IMG/VR virus record: IMGVR_UViG_3300033405_000003
Strand: one strand, 5' to 3'
Source of the DNA: a virus
Lineage: Duplodnaviria; Caudoviricetes
Length of the DNA: 64,000 bases
Part shown: positions 1 to 9,302 of the stretch, in pieces
How the letters are laid out: every line of letters begins with the position of its first letter
Numbering within the stretch: the first letter of the stretch is position 1
The notes under the pieces: generated by a model
What the model was told of the DNA's origin: nothing
What the model saw: the letters and a program-made list of their open reading frames with translations, nothing else
Database searches by the model: none
Translations under genes and position numbers: made by a program

Positions 1-1161
1 TGGGCGCACCGGGACGTCCTGCGCCTCGCGCACCCGACGCCCAAGACCCCCGAGCACGCGGCGATCATGCGCTACGTGACCGTCGGTATGGCCGGCATGT
101 CGGAGAAGCGCGAGAAGCACGCGCGCGACAAGGCGCACGACAAGGACAAGCTCCCGGCGATCATCGCCGCGTTCGAGGAGATCCACTCGGCCGGCGTCAC
201 GCCCGGCCGCGCGGCGCGCCTCATCTCGGAGTTCAGGCTCCCCCACGAGTGCGTCCCGAACGAGATGAAGAACGAGAAGATCGTGTGGGAGGCGCTCCTC
301 GAGCACATCGGCCCGACTGCGCTCATCAGGAACCTCGGCAAGCTCTCGAGCCTCGGAATGACGAAGCCGATGGGCGAGCATACGAAGCTCATCGCCGAGA
401 AGCTCGCCGACAAGGCCGCGCTCAAGAAGGGACGCGTTCATCCGATGACCGTCCTCTACGCGATGAAGACCTACGCGGGAGGGCACGGCCTGAAGGGCTC
501 GCTCTCGTGGACGCCGGAGCGCGCCGTCGTGGACGCGCTCGACGACGCCTTCTACGCGAGCTTCGACGTGATCGAGCCGACGGGCAAGGCGACGTTCCTC
601 GCGCTCGACGTGTCGGGCTCGATGGGCACGCCCATAGGCGGCACCTCGCTCACGTGCCGCGAGGCCAGCGCAGCGATGGCGATGGTCACCGCGCGCGCCG
701 AGAAGAACTGGGCGTGCGTCGGGTTCACGTCCGGCGGGCGCGGCTACGGCGGGATGCACGGCGGCGACCCGTCCGGCGTCACCGAGCTGAAGGTCAGCCC
801 GCGCCAGAGGCTCGACGACGTCGTCAAGGCGATCTCGGGCCTGCCGTTCGGAGGGACGGACTGCGCCCTGCCGATGCTCCACGCGACCAAGCACAACCTC
901 GCCGTCGACGTCTTCCACGTCTACACGGACAACGAGACGTGGGCCGGGGCAGTCCACCCGTTCCAGGCGCTCGAGCAGTACCGGCAGAAGTCGGGTCGGG
1001 ACGCCAAGATCTGTGTCGTCGGGATGACGGCGACCGAGTACACCATCGCCCAGCCCGGTTCGGAATGGATGAAGGACGTCGGCAAGAACCCGAGGTCGCT
1101 CAACGTGATCGGGTTCGACACGACGGCGCCGAGCATCATGGCGGAGTTCGCGCGGGGGTGA
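1..1161 (+). CDS. rsr: Ro60/TROVE-vWA RNA-binding protein (5' truncated by window)
   Basis: Frame open from base 1 (WAHRDVLRLAHP); ALIRNLGKL, RVHPM, vWA MIDAS DVSGSM, GGTDCALPM, YTDNETWAG. Confidence 0.95.
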   Translation, partial: WAHRDVLRLAHPTPKTPEHAAIMRYVTVGMAGMSEKREKHARDKAHDKDKLPAIIAAFEEIHSAGVTPGRAARLISEFRLPHECVPNEMKNEKIVWEALLEHIGPTALIRNLGKLSSLGMTKPMGEHTKLIAEKLADKAALKKGRVHPMTVLYAMKTYAGGHGLKGSLSWTPERAVVDALDDAFYASFDVIEPTGKATFLALDVSGSMGTPIGGTSLTCREASAAMAMVTARAEKNWACVGFTSGGRGYGGMHGGDPSGVTELKVSPRQRLDDVVKAISGLPFGGTDCALPMLHATKHNLAVDVFHVYTDNETWAGAVHPFQALEQYRQKSGRDAKICVVGMTATEYTIAQPGSEWMKDVGKNPRSLNVIGFDTTAPSIMAEFARG

Positions 1162-1173
1162 TATAGGAAGATC

Positions 1174-1238
1174 GTTCGGGTCGTAGCGGTTGCGTTACCT
1201 GGCAAATGTAACCCGCAGCCGCGATTCTTCATCCGAAC
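1174..1238 (+). ncRNA. Y RNA 1 (short, no tRNA-like domain)
   Basis: Terminal stem GTTCGG/CCGAAC enclosing GGGTCG...CTTCATCC motif shared with the other units; directly after Ro60. Confidence 0.8.
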
Positions 1239-1249
1239 ATAGATTGTTG

Positions 1250-1380
1250 GTTCTGGGTCGCAGTCATTCGCTAATCAAACAGCACGTCGCGGGTTCGAGT
1301 CCCGCCTCGGCCGAAAGGCTCGAGTAGCTCAGTTGGCAGAGCAGCCGTCAAAACGCGAGAGACGATTCTTCATCCAGAAC
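1250..1380 (+). ncRNA. Y RNA 2, YrlA-like with permuted tRNA-like domain
   Basis: GTTCTGG/CCAGAAC stem; T-arm GCGGG-TTCGAGT-CCCGC, closed acceptor-like hairpin, then D-arm TAGCTCAGTTGGCAGAGC. Confidence 0.88.
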
Positions 1381-1420
1381 AGTTTTTCCAAAAAGGGAGA
1401 AAAGAAAGAGCAAGAGTTCA

Positions 1421-1553
1421 CTGTCGGGTCGTTGAAATTCGGTTACCGCCTAACATGCGGGTAACGCTGGTTCGAATCCAGCCGGCACCCTAAAAAGCGC
1501 TGTCGTCTAGTGGTCAGGACACCTAACCCCGAGCTTCGCCCTTCATCCGACAG
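1421..1553 (+). ncRNA. Y RNA 3, YrlA-like
   Basis: CTGTCGG/CCGACAG stem; T-arm GCTGG-TTCGAAT-CCAGC; D-arm GTCTAGTGGTCAGGAC. Confidence 0.85.
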
Positions 1554-1574
1554 GATTTTTCAGAAAGAAAAACG

Positions 1575-1710
1575 CCGCTGGGTCGGCCGTGTTCGATTAC
1601 CCATTAGGAGGCGGAGGATGCCTGGTTTGAATCCGGGTCAGACCGACAATCGGTCTGTAGCTCAGGGATAGAGCGCCGAAAATCTTCGAGCGCACCTCTT
1701 CATCCAGCGG
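1575..1710 (+). ncRNA. Y RNA 4, YrlA-like
   Basis: CCGCTGG/CCAGCGG stem; T-arm CCTGG-TTTGAAT-CCGGG; CAGACCGA/TCGGTCTG hairpin; D-arm TAGCTCAGGGATAGAGC. Confidence 0.85.
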
Positions 1711-2079
1711 AGCGGCTTTGCCTAATGAATCGGATCCCGACCCAAATAGCTGGGCATCAGCACGAATCGTTGGGCAACGTCGTCGCCGATCAGTGCAGAA
1801 CGATCGCGCCGATGAAGGCCGCGAGGGCCGCCGCAGGATGCTTCTTGTTGGCCTTCGTCGCCGGGATCTTCACTTTCACGAGCGGGAAGGTCAGCTCGAG
1901 ATTCTCGCGCGTAGGCCAGGCAGAGCCTGCCAGGAACATGTTGTTCATTGCTAACTCCGGTGAATGACGTGGACGTGAGCGCGCTAACGCTCACTGGCCT
2001 GGCAGACTCTGCCTGACCTGCCTTCAGACTAACACGTGGACGTGAGGCCGCCCACCCGTTCAGTCTCGCCGTGAACTGG

Positions 2080-2316
2080 TCACTCTCGGCGTTTAGGCGT
2101 TTCGATAAGGTCGCCGAGCGGCACATCAAGCGCATTCGCGAGCTTGACGAGCGTGTGAACCGTCGGACTTCGTGTGCCTCTTTCGAGCTGCGAGATCCAC
2201 TGCGGTGTCGCCCGGATCTTCTGCGCCAGATCGCCCTGCGATAATTGCTTCGCGACGCGTAGCTCGGCGATCCTCTTTCCGAGCTGTTTGACGACGCGAT
2301 CGGGGTCGTAGCGCAC
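2080..2316 (-). CDS. XRE-family HTH regulator
   Basis: LGKRIAELRVAKQLSQGDLA...ISQLERGTRSPTVHTLVKLANALDV. Confidence 0.9.
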   Translation of the reverse strand: MRYDPDRVVKQLGKRIAELRVAKQLSQGDLAQKIRATPQWISQLERGTRSPTVHTLVKLANALDVPLGDLIETPKRRE

Positions 2317-2410
2317 GAACGTACGCTTTCAGGCGAAGCCCAGCGCAGGTAGAAAGCAGTTGCTTCACAAAGCAGTTGCTTTGCATGCGCATGGAACGAC
2401 GATGGCCACC

Positions 2411-2665
2411 ATGAGGAAGCTCATTCAGGCAGTATGCTTCGGGTTACTCGTCGTCGCCGCGGCAGCATGTTCGTCGCCCAATCCGAACACGTGCGCCCAG
2501 GTTGGTGATTCCTGTAACGGCGGCAACGACTGCTGCAGCGGCAGTTGCGGCGGCGGAACATGCCAGTGCACCAATTCTGGCTCGTGTGACTCTGATGGCG
2601 ACTGCTGTGGGAGCGGCACCTGTAGCAACAACGGCAACACTTCGTCGCTTGGGAGTTGCCACTGA
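2411..2665 (+). CDS. Small Cys-rich lipoprotein
   Basis: Signal peptide with lipobox AAAC; repeated C-x-x-x-x-x-CC motifs. Confidence 0.75.
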   Translation: MRKLIQAVCFGLLVVAAAACSSPNPNTCAQVGDSCNGGNDCCSGSCGGGTCQCTNSGSCDSDGDCCGSGTCSNNGNTSSLGSCH

Positions 2666-3228
2666 TGATGCGCACGTCGGTGGTGGGCCTTCTCGTCGTC
2701 GCATCCGCGGCCTTTGGCTGCAACTCCTCCAGCGGCGGAGCCGACGCCGGTGCCACCCTAGGCAACAATGCGAACGTCCCGTCCGCGTGCCAGATGTGTC
2801 TGAGCCAAGCGTCGGGCAACGACTGCGCGACGCAGGCTAAGAACTGCGAGGGCGACTCCGTTTGCACCTCGCTCAACAAGTGCGTCGACCAATGCGCCAA
2901 CTTCACGAACTGTCCCTCCAACTGCGAGAGCAGCGCGTCGTCGAACGCAACGAGCGAATGGGTGAGTTGGTGGACGTGCGCCTGTTCGGACTGCGCGGTC
3001 CAGTGCGGGACGACGTTCTGCCCGACCGCTGCGAACAACGACGCGGGCAACGACGCAGGTTCGTGTCTCGCCGACAACATCGCGTGCACGACCAGCAACC
3101 AGTGTTGCTCCGCAGTATGCGCGGGCGACAACTTCTGCGGGTGCACCCAAGCGGGAAGCCCATCGCAGGAATCCGATTGCTCAGACTGTTGCAGCGGCAA
3201 CTGCGACGGGCAGGGCAACTGCTTGTAG
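2665..3228 (+). CDS. Cys-rich lipoprotein (myxobacterial type)
   Basis: Lipobox AFGC, DAG linkers, many Cys; start overlaps upstream stop. Confidence 0.8.
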   Translation: MMRTSVVGLLVVASAAFGCNSSSGGADAGATLGNNANVPSACQMCLSQASGNDCATQAKNCEGDSVCTSLNKCVDQCANFTNCPSNCESSASSNATSEWVSWWTCACSDCAVQCGTTFCPTAANNDAGNDAGSCLADNIACTTSNQCCSAVCAGDNFCGCTQAGSPSQESDCSDCCSGNCDGQGNCL

Positions 3229-3298
3229 GATCGCTGATGGGCAGCCAAAGCAAGCCGCAGGGACAGGATGATAACCTCGAGAGACCAGACGTGACCCA

Positions 3299-3574
3299 TC
3301 ACGTTTGCTCCGTGTGATGCCCGCAGTGCGGACAGGTACCGGGCGTGGGGAAGCGACCGGCGAGGACGTCGTCCACGCCAACCGACGCGAAACGCGCGAT
3401 GCGGACGGCCAGGCTCGCGCTGGCCACCTTGCGCGAGCATGCGATCTGTCCGAGCGTCGTCGCCTTGAAGTGCAAAGCCTTTGCAACTGGCTCCCACCCG
3501 CCGCAACGCGCCCGCAGGTAGCGGAGCGCGGTGCGGACGTTGGTCTGCTCGGCAGGCGTGAGGTCGGCGCTCAT
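3299..3574 (-). CDS. Small Cro/HTH-like protein with C-terminal CPHC
   Basis: ATGA overlap with transposase stop; VAKALHFKATTLGQI helix-turn-helix-like. Confidence 0.65.
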   Translation of the reverse strand: MSADLTPAEQTNVRTALRYLRARCGGWEPVAKALHFKATTLGQIACSRKVASASLAVRIARFASVGVDDVLAGRFPTPGTCPHCGHHTEQT

Positions 3575-4815
3575 TGTGACGCTCCGTTCGCGACAGGCGG
3601 GAGCCAGAACTTCGGCTCGATGTTGAACTCGTAGATCGAATGGACGAGCGTGGAGAGGTTGAAGCAGAGGCACTTCAGGAGCACCTCGTTCACCTGCGCT
3701 ACGGGCAGCTTGCTCCGAAGCGCGGCACCGAACTTCTTCTTCATCGCGCCGAACGTGCTCTCGACGTTGGAGCGCTTGTGGTAGTGCGCGAGGAAGTCTT
3801 CCTTGTTGAGGGAGTAGTAGTGAAACATCCGCTCCCACGCCGGGCTGCCCATGCTCTTCGAGTTGAGCTTGAACGGCACGAACGGCGTCGCGCCGACGCC
3901 CTCGACGATGGCGAGGTTCGCGTGGCTCAGGTAACCCTTGTCCGCGCTGATCTCCTTCATGTCGTAGCCGTGCGCAGCGGTGCGCTCGACGAGCGTCTTG
4001 AACATCGGTGAGTCGTGCACGGTGCTGTCGGTGACCGCGACGGACGTGATGATGTTGGTGACGGTGCCGATCATGGCATGGCACTTCACCCACTTCTGGA
4101 CGCGGCGATCTTCGCCGTGCTTGTAGTCGAACCATCGCACGTACGTCGGCGTTGCGAAGCCAGTCGCGTCGGCCGCGAAGTCGTGCTCGATGGCCTTGAG
4201 CGGCGTCGCGGCAAGCTCGACGAGGCTCGTCAGCACGGGCGTCAGCTCGGGCTTCTGGCAGTAGTTGAAGATCGAGTTGTAGTGCGGCTGCCGCGTCATG
4301 AGGCCTGCGGCCTTGCACGCCTTGATGTCCGTGGTCGCGCGTCGCCCGCTGACGGTCGTGTAGACCTTGGTCGCCATGCCGTACACCGCGTCCGCGAGCG
4401 GGATGGGCTTGGGACCGCGTCCGGGGTGTGGAGGCGTCACGATCGTGTCGCAGAGCGAGCGGAGGAGGACCTGGGAGACCTCCTTCTCGGTGCACTGCGC
4501 CGCGTTGTACGCGCGCCAGTCTTGGGAGTACGAGATGCGTTCTACGGTTTCGGTCACGACAGTCGTCCCGTCGGGCATCTGCACTTCGTGGCGGAAGTAC
4601 CGGAGTGCCCAGAGGTGCTTGCAGAGATCGCGATGCGTCTCGTAGTCCGGGCACGTACACTCGCTCTTGACCGCGTCGACGACGTAGCCGCTTCCCGAGT
4701 TTGTGGCCGACGGCACGAGAAACATGTCGCCAGAGATTTGCCGGAACAGCTTGGCGCGCCCCTTCGCGAGAGCGAGCCCCCGTTCCTGCCGAGGACTGAT
4801 GACTGCCGTATCCAT
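3571..4815 (-). CDS. SWIM-zinc-finger DDE transposase (IS4/IS5-like)
   Basis: SWIM CTCPD...CKH; DATGF, ADKGY, YHKRSNVESTF. Confidence 0.9.
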   Translation of the reverse strand: MDTAVISPRQERGLALAKGRAKLFRQISGDMFLVPSATNSGSGYVVDAVKSECTCPDYETHRDLCKHLWALRYFRHEVQMPDGTTVVTETVERISYSQDWRAYNAAQCTEKEVSQVLLRSLCDTIVTPPHPGRGPKPIPLADAVYGMATKVYTTVSGRRATTDIKACKAAGLMTRQPHYNSIFNYCQKPELTPVLTSLVELAATPLKAIEHDFAADATGFATPTYVRWFDYKHGEDRRVQKWVKCHAMIGTVTNIITSVAVTDSTVHDSPMFKTLVERTAAHGYDMKEISADKGYLSHANLAIVEGVGATPFVPFKLNSKSMGSPAWERMFHYYSLNKEDFLAHYHKRSNVESTFGAMKKKFGAALRSKLPVAQVNEVLLKCLCFNLSTLVHSIYEFNIEPKFWLPPVANGASQ

Positions 4816-4822
4816 ACCTAGA

Positions 4823-4882
4823 GTGTAGCCACGTTAGGGCTACAGTCCAGCCCTTGACGGGCGGGACCTAACGTGGCTACAC
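4823..4882. promoter_or_regulatory. Perfect 16-bp inverted repeat over divergent promoters
   Basis: GTGTAGCCACGTTAGG (4823-4838) and CCTAACGTGGCTACAC (4867-4882); TTGACG at 4854. Confidence 0.7.
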
Positions 4883-4888
4883 GTAGTT

Positions 4889-5071
4889 ATGGCGAGCAGA
4901 AAGAAGCGAAAGGACGTCATCAAGGACATCAGCATCCACATCAGGGTCACGGAGGACCAAAAGGCGGCGCTGGCCGAGGCGGCGGAATCGCTGGGTATCG
5001 GATTGTCGGCCTGGCTACTCTCCACCGCCATCCGCGAGGCACAGCGGTTAAAGAGCAAGCAGTCCGGCTAG
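4889..5071 (+). CDS. Ribbon-helix-helix (CopG/DUF1778-like) regulator
   Basis: ISIHIRVTEDQKAALAEAAESLGIGLSAWL. Confidence 0.8.
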   Translation: MASRKKRKDVIKDISIHIRVTEDQKAALAEAAESLGIGLSAWLLSTAIREAQRLKSKQSG

Positions 5072-5617
5072 GCGGCGGCGAGGGCTTCCGCGACCCACCA
5101 CCATCGCAGACGGATGATGAGCGGGCACACGAAGGCCTCGAACGGGCGGAACGGGTCCATGTGGACTCCTTTCGGCAAAAGAACAAAACTCAGCCCTTGC
5201 GCCGCGACATCCGACGATGGATACTCCCATCGTCCTCCTCGTCGAGGCGCACAACCTTCCCGTGCGAACTAGAGAGCCGTGTCGCGCCGCTAGCGCTTCA
5301 CGGCTCGTCACATTTCGGAGGGTGCTCGCGCGACCTCTCCGAAACGGCGACGGTTACTCGGTAGTCATTGGGTCCATCCTCTCGATCCGAACACATGCAC
5401 CCACAGCTCTGCTTTCGGGTGCGATCCGAACCACGAGAAGAGGTCACCTATTACCCCTGCGCGCAGTCACACGTGACGAGCATGGACCTACATTTTGTCC
5501 GACGAGGGCGCAAAGACTTTCTGTGAAATGATGGGCAGCGTACCGAACTGCTACTCAATCATTGGGCGCGCGGTCATCGTTGGGCAAAGCCCAGCGGATC
5601 TTTCCTCAAGAATACAG

Positions 5618-5687
5618 GTTCGGGCCGGAAGCGCGTGGGTTATCTACCTAAGATGAAGACCCCCACGCGCGCCCACTTCGTCCGGAC
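5618..5687 (+). ncRNA. Y RNA 5 (short)
   Basis: GTTCGG/CCGGAC stem, GGGCCG...CTTCGTCC variant motif, GCGCGTGGG/CCCACGCGC stem, T-run after. Confidence 0.7.
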
Positions 5688-5739
5688 TTTTTATTTTCGT
5701 GCCGTTGATTTGACGGCAGCTCGTGCATAGGATGGTACG

Positions 5740-6513
5740 ATGCAGGGCGTCGCCATGGCCGATCTAGGTGCGCCCGCCGACCTTTACCGCGAGATCAAGA
5801 CCGGGGGCCGGTGGGCGCGTCGCTCGGTCGCCGTCGGCGACCGCGTTGGCCAATCGATCGTCGTTCGAGACATCGGTCTGGTCGGCAAGTGCCGGCGCTT
5901 CGAGATCACGTGCCAGTTCTGCGGGGTCATTCAGATCCGCAGCGCGGGGCAGATCAACGCGGCGCTCCGCTACGAGCGTTCGATCACGTGCCCCCGGTGC
6001 CTGAGCGAAGGGCGTCTGGCCAAATGCCTCGACATCCAGGACAAGCGCCTCGAGCGCGTGCTCGGCGGTGGCCCGGTGTACACGCTCTACGAAGAGGACG
6101 CCATCTGCGACGGCGTCTTGAGCGACCTCGAAGCGGAGTTCGGACCGTTGACCCACGACGACATGCCGATCTCGGAGATGACCATCGCTGCTGGATGGCC
6201 GTACAGCGCGAACGTCCCCGCGAAGGACGCCGTCGCCGAGTACATCGGGGAGACCGAAGCCGAACGCGCCTGGCGCCACGAGATGAACAGCATCCTCTTC
6301 GCCAAGCGCGACCTCGAGTACCGCGCGGCCCTCCGCCGCGCGTACGAGCGCGACCAGGATAAGTTCACGGAGCGCGCTCACGAAGCAGCGAAGGCGCTCG
6401 AGTCGTTCGTTCTGGCGGGCGGGCAACTGAGCGTCACCCAGCCTCGCGATCCGTGCCCATGCAGCAGCGGGCTCGCGTTCGCCGACTGCCACGGTTCCGA
6501 CGACCAGTCTTAG
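5740..6513 (+). CDS. Hypothetical protein with CxxC pairs and C-terminal SEC-C motif
   Basis: RDPCPCSSGLAFADCHG; TTGATT-17-TAGGAT promoter upstream. Confidence 0.75.
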   Translation: MQGVAMADLGAPADLYREIKTGGRWARRSVAVGDRVGQSIVVRDIGLVGKCRRFEITCQFCGVIQIRSAGQINAALRYERSITCPRCLSEGRLAKCLDIQDKRLERVLGGGPVYTLYEEDAICDGVLSDLEAEFGPLTHDDMPISEMTIAAGWPYSANVPAKDAVAEYIGETEAERAWRHEMNSILFAKRDLEYRAALRRAYERDQDKFTERAHEAAKALESFVLAGGQLSVTQPRDPCPCSSGLAFADCHGSDDQS

Positions 6514-6697
6514 GCGTCAGCGCAGGCCGTGGCCCAAAGGCACGCGTCCCTTGCCGCCGCAGACCGAGCAACGCGGCGGCGGCACCGGGAAGTGCACGTC
6601 GCTGTCGTCGTCGTCGCCCGCGAACCTCGGGCCCGTGTCTTCGGTGCCGGATCCGCGGCACGCCTCGCAGAGCTTCGTCGCGCCGCGATCTTCGGTC

Positions 6698-7030
6698 ATG
6701 GCAAGATACGTAGGGCCCGAGCGCCGGAAGGTGAAGACCTGCGCGCGATGCGGTAAGCTCCGAGCGATGGCGGACAAGAAGACGTGCAGCCAGTGCGGGC
6801 AGCAGCACGGCGAGTGCTTCATCTGCGAGTCGGTCTGCTTCGCCGATGGGTCCGTGGAGCGCGCACTCTTCGTCGGGTTCTGCGCGTCGCTCGGCGTGCA
6901 GCTCACGTCGGGCACCGGTCCCCATGCAGTCGTGCAGCTCATGCTCGGCAAACTCTGCAAGGAGCACCGAGAACTTTGGAACAAGGTCTCGAACCGGACG
7001 GTCTCGCGCATGCAGGCGGGTCGCTCGTGA
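6698..7030 (+). CDS. Hypothetical Cys-rich protein
   Basis: Three CxxC pairs; coupled to downstream ORFs. Confidence 0.5.
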   Translation: MARYVGPERRKVKTCARCGKLRAMADKKTCSQCGQQHGECFICESVCFADGSVERALFVGFCASLGVQLTSGTGPHAVVQLMLGKLCKEHRELWNKVSNRTVSRMQAGRS

Positions 7031-7263
7031 ATGGAGATCGCTCGGGCGAGGTCCCTTTCGCCGGCGTCGCCTGCGAGCACTGCAACAAACCCGGCGCCTC
7101 GCGCGAGGAAGAGGCTACCCACAACACCGGCGAGTGCCGGTGCGAGGGCTCGAGGAAGCTCTGCTGGCGCGCGTGGCTCGGCACCCGCTGCGACTGGCCC
7201 GAGGACGGTAACCCCTTCTACGTGATGAAGCCCGGCGAAATCACGTTCCACTGGGAGGACTGA
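7027..7263 (+). CDS. Hypothetical protein
   Basis: GTGA overlap with upstream stop; Cys-rich. Confidence 0.5.
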   Translation: MNGDRSGEVPFAGVACEHCNKPGASREEEATHNTGECRCEGSRKLCWRAWLGTRCDWPEDGNPFYVMKPGEITFHWED

Positions 7264-7575
7264 ATGGATCTCAGGAAGCTGCAAGAAGAAGTGAACGGCC
7301 GCTGGGAAAGGCAGGACCATAACCCCTGCCACGGCTCTGACCCGAAGCACGCGCTTGTCCACATGATGAAGGCGCTCGGCAAGCTGGCGTCGGCCCTGAA
7401 CGACGCCGAACACGAGGGCAGGGCGCTCTCGTGGAGTCAGATCCACAACCCGCTCGCCGACGTCGTCATCTGCGCCGCGCGCTTCGCGGGCGACGACTGC
7501 GACCTCGACGCGGCGTGCGTGGACCGCCTCCGCGAGAAGTTCCCGATCGAGACCAGCGCACGGGCGACGGAGTGA
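7264..7575 (+). CDS. MazG-like all-alpha protein
   Basis: MDLRKLQ...HALVHMMKALGKLA...LADVVIC...DLDAACVDRLREK pattern. Confidence 0.55.
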   Translation: MDLRKLQEEVNGRWERQDHNPCHGSDPKHALVHMMKALGKLASALNDAEHEGRALSWSQIHNPLADVVICAARFAGDDCDLDAACVDRLREKFPIETSARATE

Positions 7576-7961
7576 GCCGCCTCTTCCCGAGAGCCCCGCC
7601 GCGAACGCCGCTCCCGCGCGCCGATCTGGCGAGGGCCCAGCCGCGGAGACCGCCCACGCCACGCCCGAAGAGCTTCTCCCCGAGACCGACGTCGCCGGCG
7701 CCGCTACGGGCCACCATCGAATGGCGAAACCCCCACGGCGACTACTGGCGCACCGAGCGCGTCGCCGGGCGCTTCGAAGCTATGGCCGTGAGAGGCCGCG
7801 AAGGAGGGACGCACTGGAACACGTTCTCGTACGTCGTCTTCGACTACGAGGACAAGGAGTGCTCCTGCAAGGTGATCCGCAAGTCGAAGGGGGGATCGAT
7901 CGAGAGCGCGAAGCTCGACGCCGAGCGCGAGATCAGGATCAGGATGGCGGGGCTTCTCTGA
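7572..7961 (+). CDS. Hypothetical protein
   Basis: GTGA overlap; protein-like C-terminal half. Confidence 0.5.
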   Translation: MSRLFPRAPPRTPLPRADLARAQPRRPPTPRPKSFSPRPTSPAPLRATIEWRNPHGDYWRTERVAGRFEAMAVRGREGGTHWNTFSYVVFDYEDKECSCKVIRKSKGGSIESAKLDAEREIRIRMAGLL

Positions 7962-8213
7962 TCACTGCAGGACGAGGGGTTTGATCGGCTCCTCGTAGAC
8001 GCGAACGTAGATGTGCGGCGGCGACTGCGGCTTCTCGGCGCGGACTTCTCCGACGTGGGCGTCGCACCGGATGAACGCTTGGATCGGGTGCTCGAGGCTC
8101 GGGCTCGCCATGTCCTCGAAAGACCAGACAATGAGGATCGTCGCCGGGGCGCCGCATTTCTGGCAACCCTTACGCACTTGAACCTCGACCGCCCGCCGCT
8201 GTTTGTTGTTCAC
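7962..8213 (-). CDS. Hypothetical protein
   Basis: CQKC motif; follows infC. Confidence 0.5.
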   Translation of the reverse strand: MNNKQRRAVEVQVRKGCQKCGAPATILIVWSFEDMASPSLEHPIQAFIRCDAHVGEVRAEKPQSPPHIYVRVYEEPIKPLVLQ

Positions 8214-8220
8214 GCGGCCG

Positions 8221-8772
8221 TCATCCTCGCAGAGGTTTCGGTCCGACGAGCAAGTACATCGCGCGCTGCTCCATCGAGGCGCCCTGCTCCACGATCGCGA
8301 GGTCCGCGATCTGCGCGAGCACGAGGTCGAGCTGTTCGCGCGCCTTCTCGGGGTGCGTGATCTCGCGCCCCCGGAACCGGACCGTGAACTTCACCTTGTG
8401 CCGCTCGCCGAGAAAGGTGCGGGCGCGCGCCACCATGTGGGCGATGTCGTGGTCGCCGGTCTTCGGGCGGAGCTTGATCTCCTTCGTCTCGACGACGACC
8501 TGCGAGGCGCGTCTGCGCGCGTCCTCCTTCTTCTTGTCGTACTTCAGCTTGCCGAAATCGCAGACCCGACAGACGGGCGGCTGCGCGCGCGGGTCCACCT
8601 CGACGAGGTCGAGCCCCGCGGCCTTGGCCTGCGCCACGGCCTCGTGCGTCTTCATGACACCGATCATCTTGCCGTCCGCACCGATGACGCGGACCTCGGG
8701 GACGCGGATGCGGTGGTTTGCTCTCTGCTCGGGTTCCCTGCGCGTGTCTCTCTTGTCCAACGCCCCGAACAT
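8221..8772 (-). CDS. infC: Translation initiation factor IF-3
   Basis: NHRIRVPEVRVIG, GLDLVEV...PPVCRVCDFGKLKY, KEIKLRPKTGDHD, KVKFTVRFRGRE. Confidence 0.95.
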   Translation of the reverse strand: MFGALDKRDTRREPEQRANHRIRVPEVRVIGADGKMIGVMKTHEAVAQAKAAGLDLVEVDPRAQPPVCRVCDFGKLKYDKKKEDARRRASQVVVETKEIKLRPKTGDHDIAHMVARARTFLGERHKVKFTVRFRGREITHPEKAREQLDLVLAQIADLAIVEQGASMEQRAMYLLVGPKPLRG

Positions 8773-8842
8773 AGCAGATCGTCACCTCGTACCAGAAATG
8801 CTCCTTTTTGGCCGGCTGCGCAGCGGATGGTAATCTCGAGGC

Positions 8843-9301
8843 ATGGCAGCCCGTCCTTTGTCGCCGTTCGTGCTCGAGAAGATCCGGCAGCGCCGCGCGG
8901 AGGCGGAGCCCGAGGAGACCGAGGAGACCGAGGAGCCCGCCGAGGAGCAAGCCGAGGCCGAGGAGGCCGAAGAGGAAGAGCACGCGGGCGAGCCCGAGAA
9001 GCACGAGCCCCGGGCCCGCGGTCCGCGCCGCGGCGGGTCGCTCACCGACCGCGCGAGCAAGTTCTTCAAGCGGCTCGGCCCGACCGAGACCTGGGTCCTC
9101 GTCATCGGCGGCGGCCTCGTCGTGCAGCACCTGATGGTGCCGCGCGGGACGAGCGTGCTCACGAAGTTCCTGAACGCGGTCGCGCCCGCGCCGCCCCCGG
9201 CGCGTCGCCTCCCCGCGGCGAGCTACTACGCCGGCAACCGGAGCTTCACGCCCCGCGGTCCATGGGAAACGTCGGCGCCGCCGCCGCAAGTATGGTGGTG
9301 A
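8843..9301 (+). CDS. Acidic membrane protein
   Basis: Glu-rich stretch and one hydrophobic segment. Confidence 0.6.
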   Translation: MAARPLSPFVLEKIRQRRAEAEPEETEETEEPAEEQAEAEEAEEEEHAGEPEKHEPRARGPRRGGSLTDRASKFFKRLGPTETWVLVIGGGLVVQHLMVPRGTSVLTKFLNAVAPAPPPARRLPAASYYAGNRSFTPRGPWETSAPPPQVWW

Positions 9302-9302
9302 G

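Larger units (their letters stand above)
1714..5591. mobile_element. ~3.9-kb DDE transposon with cargo
   Basis: TIRs GGCTTTGCCTAATGA (1714-1728) and TCGTTGGGCAAAGCC (5577-5591), 13/15 match; flanked by CAGCGGAGC (1705-1713) and CAGCGGATC (5592-5600); encodes transposase; visibly lower GC. Confidence 0.85.

Noticed and set aside
1280-1680. Ordinary tRNA genes after Ro60
   Set aside because: T-arm precedes D-arm, the acceptor stem is closed by a loop and there is no anticodon arm; fits Y RNA
6517-6699. Minus-strand CxxCxGxG mini-ORF
   Set aside because: Its ATG overlaps the ATG of the plus-strand ORF at 6698; cannot decide which is real
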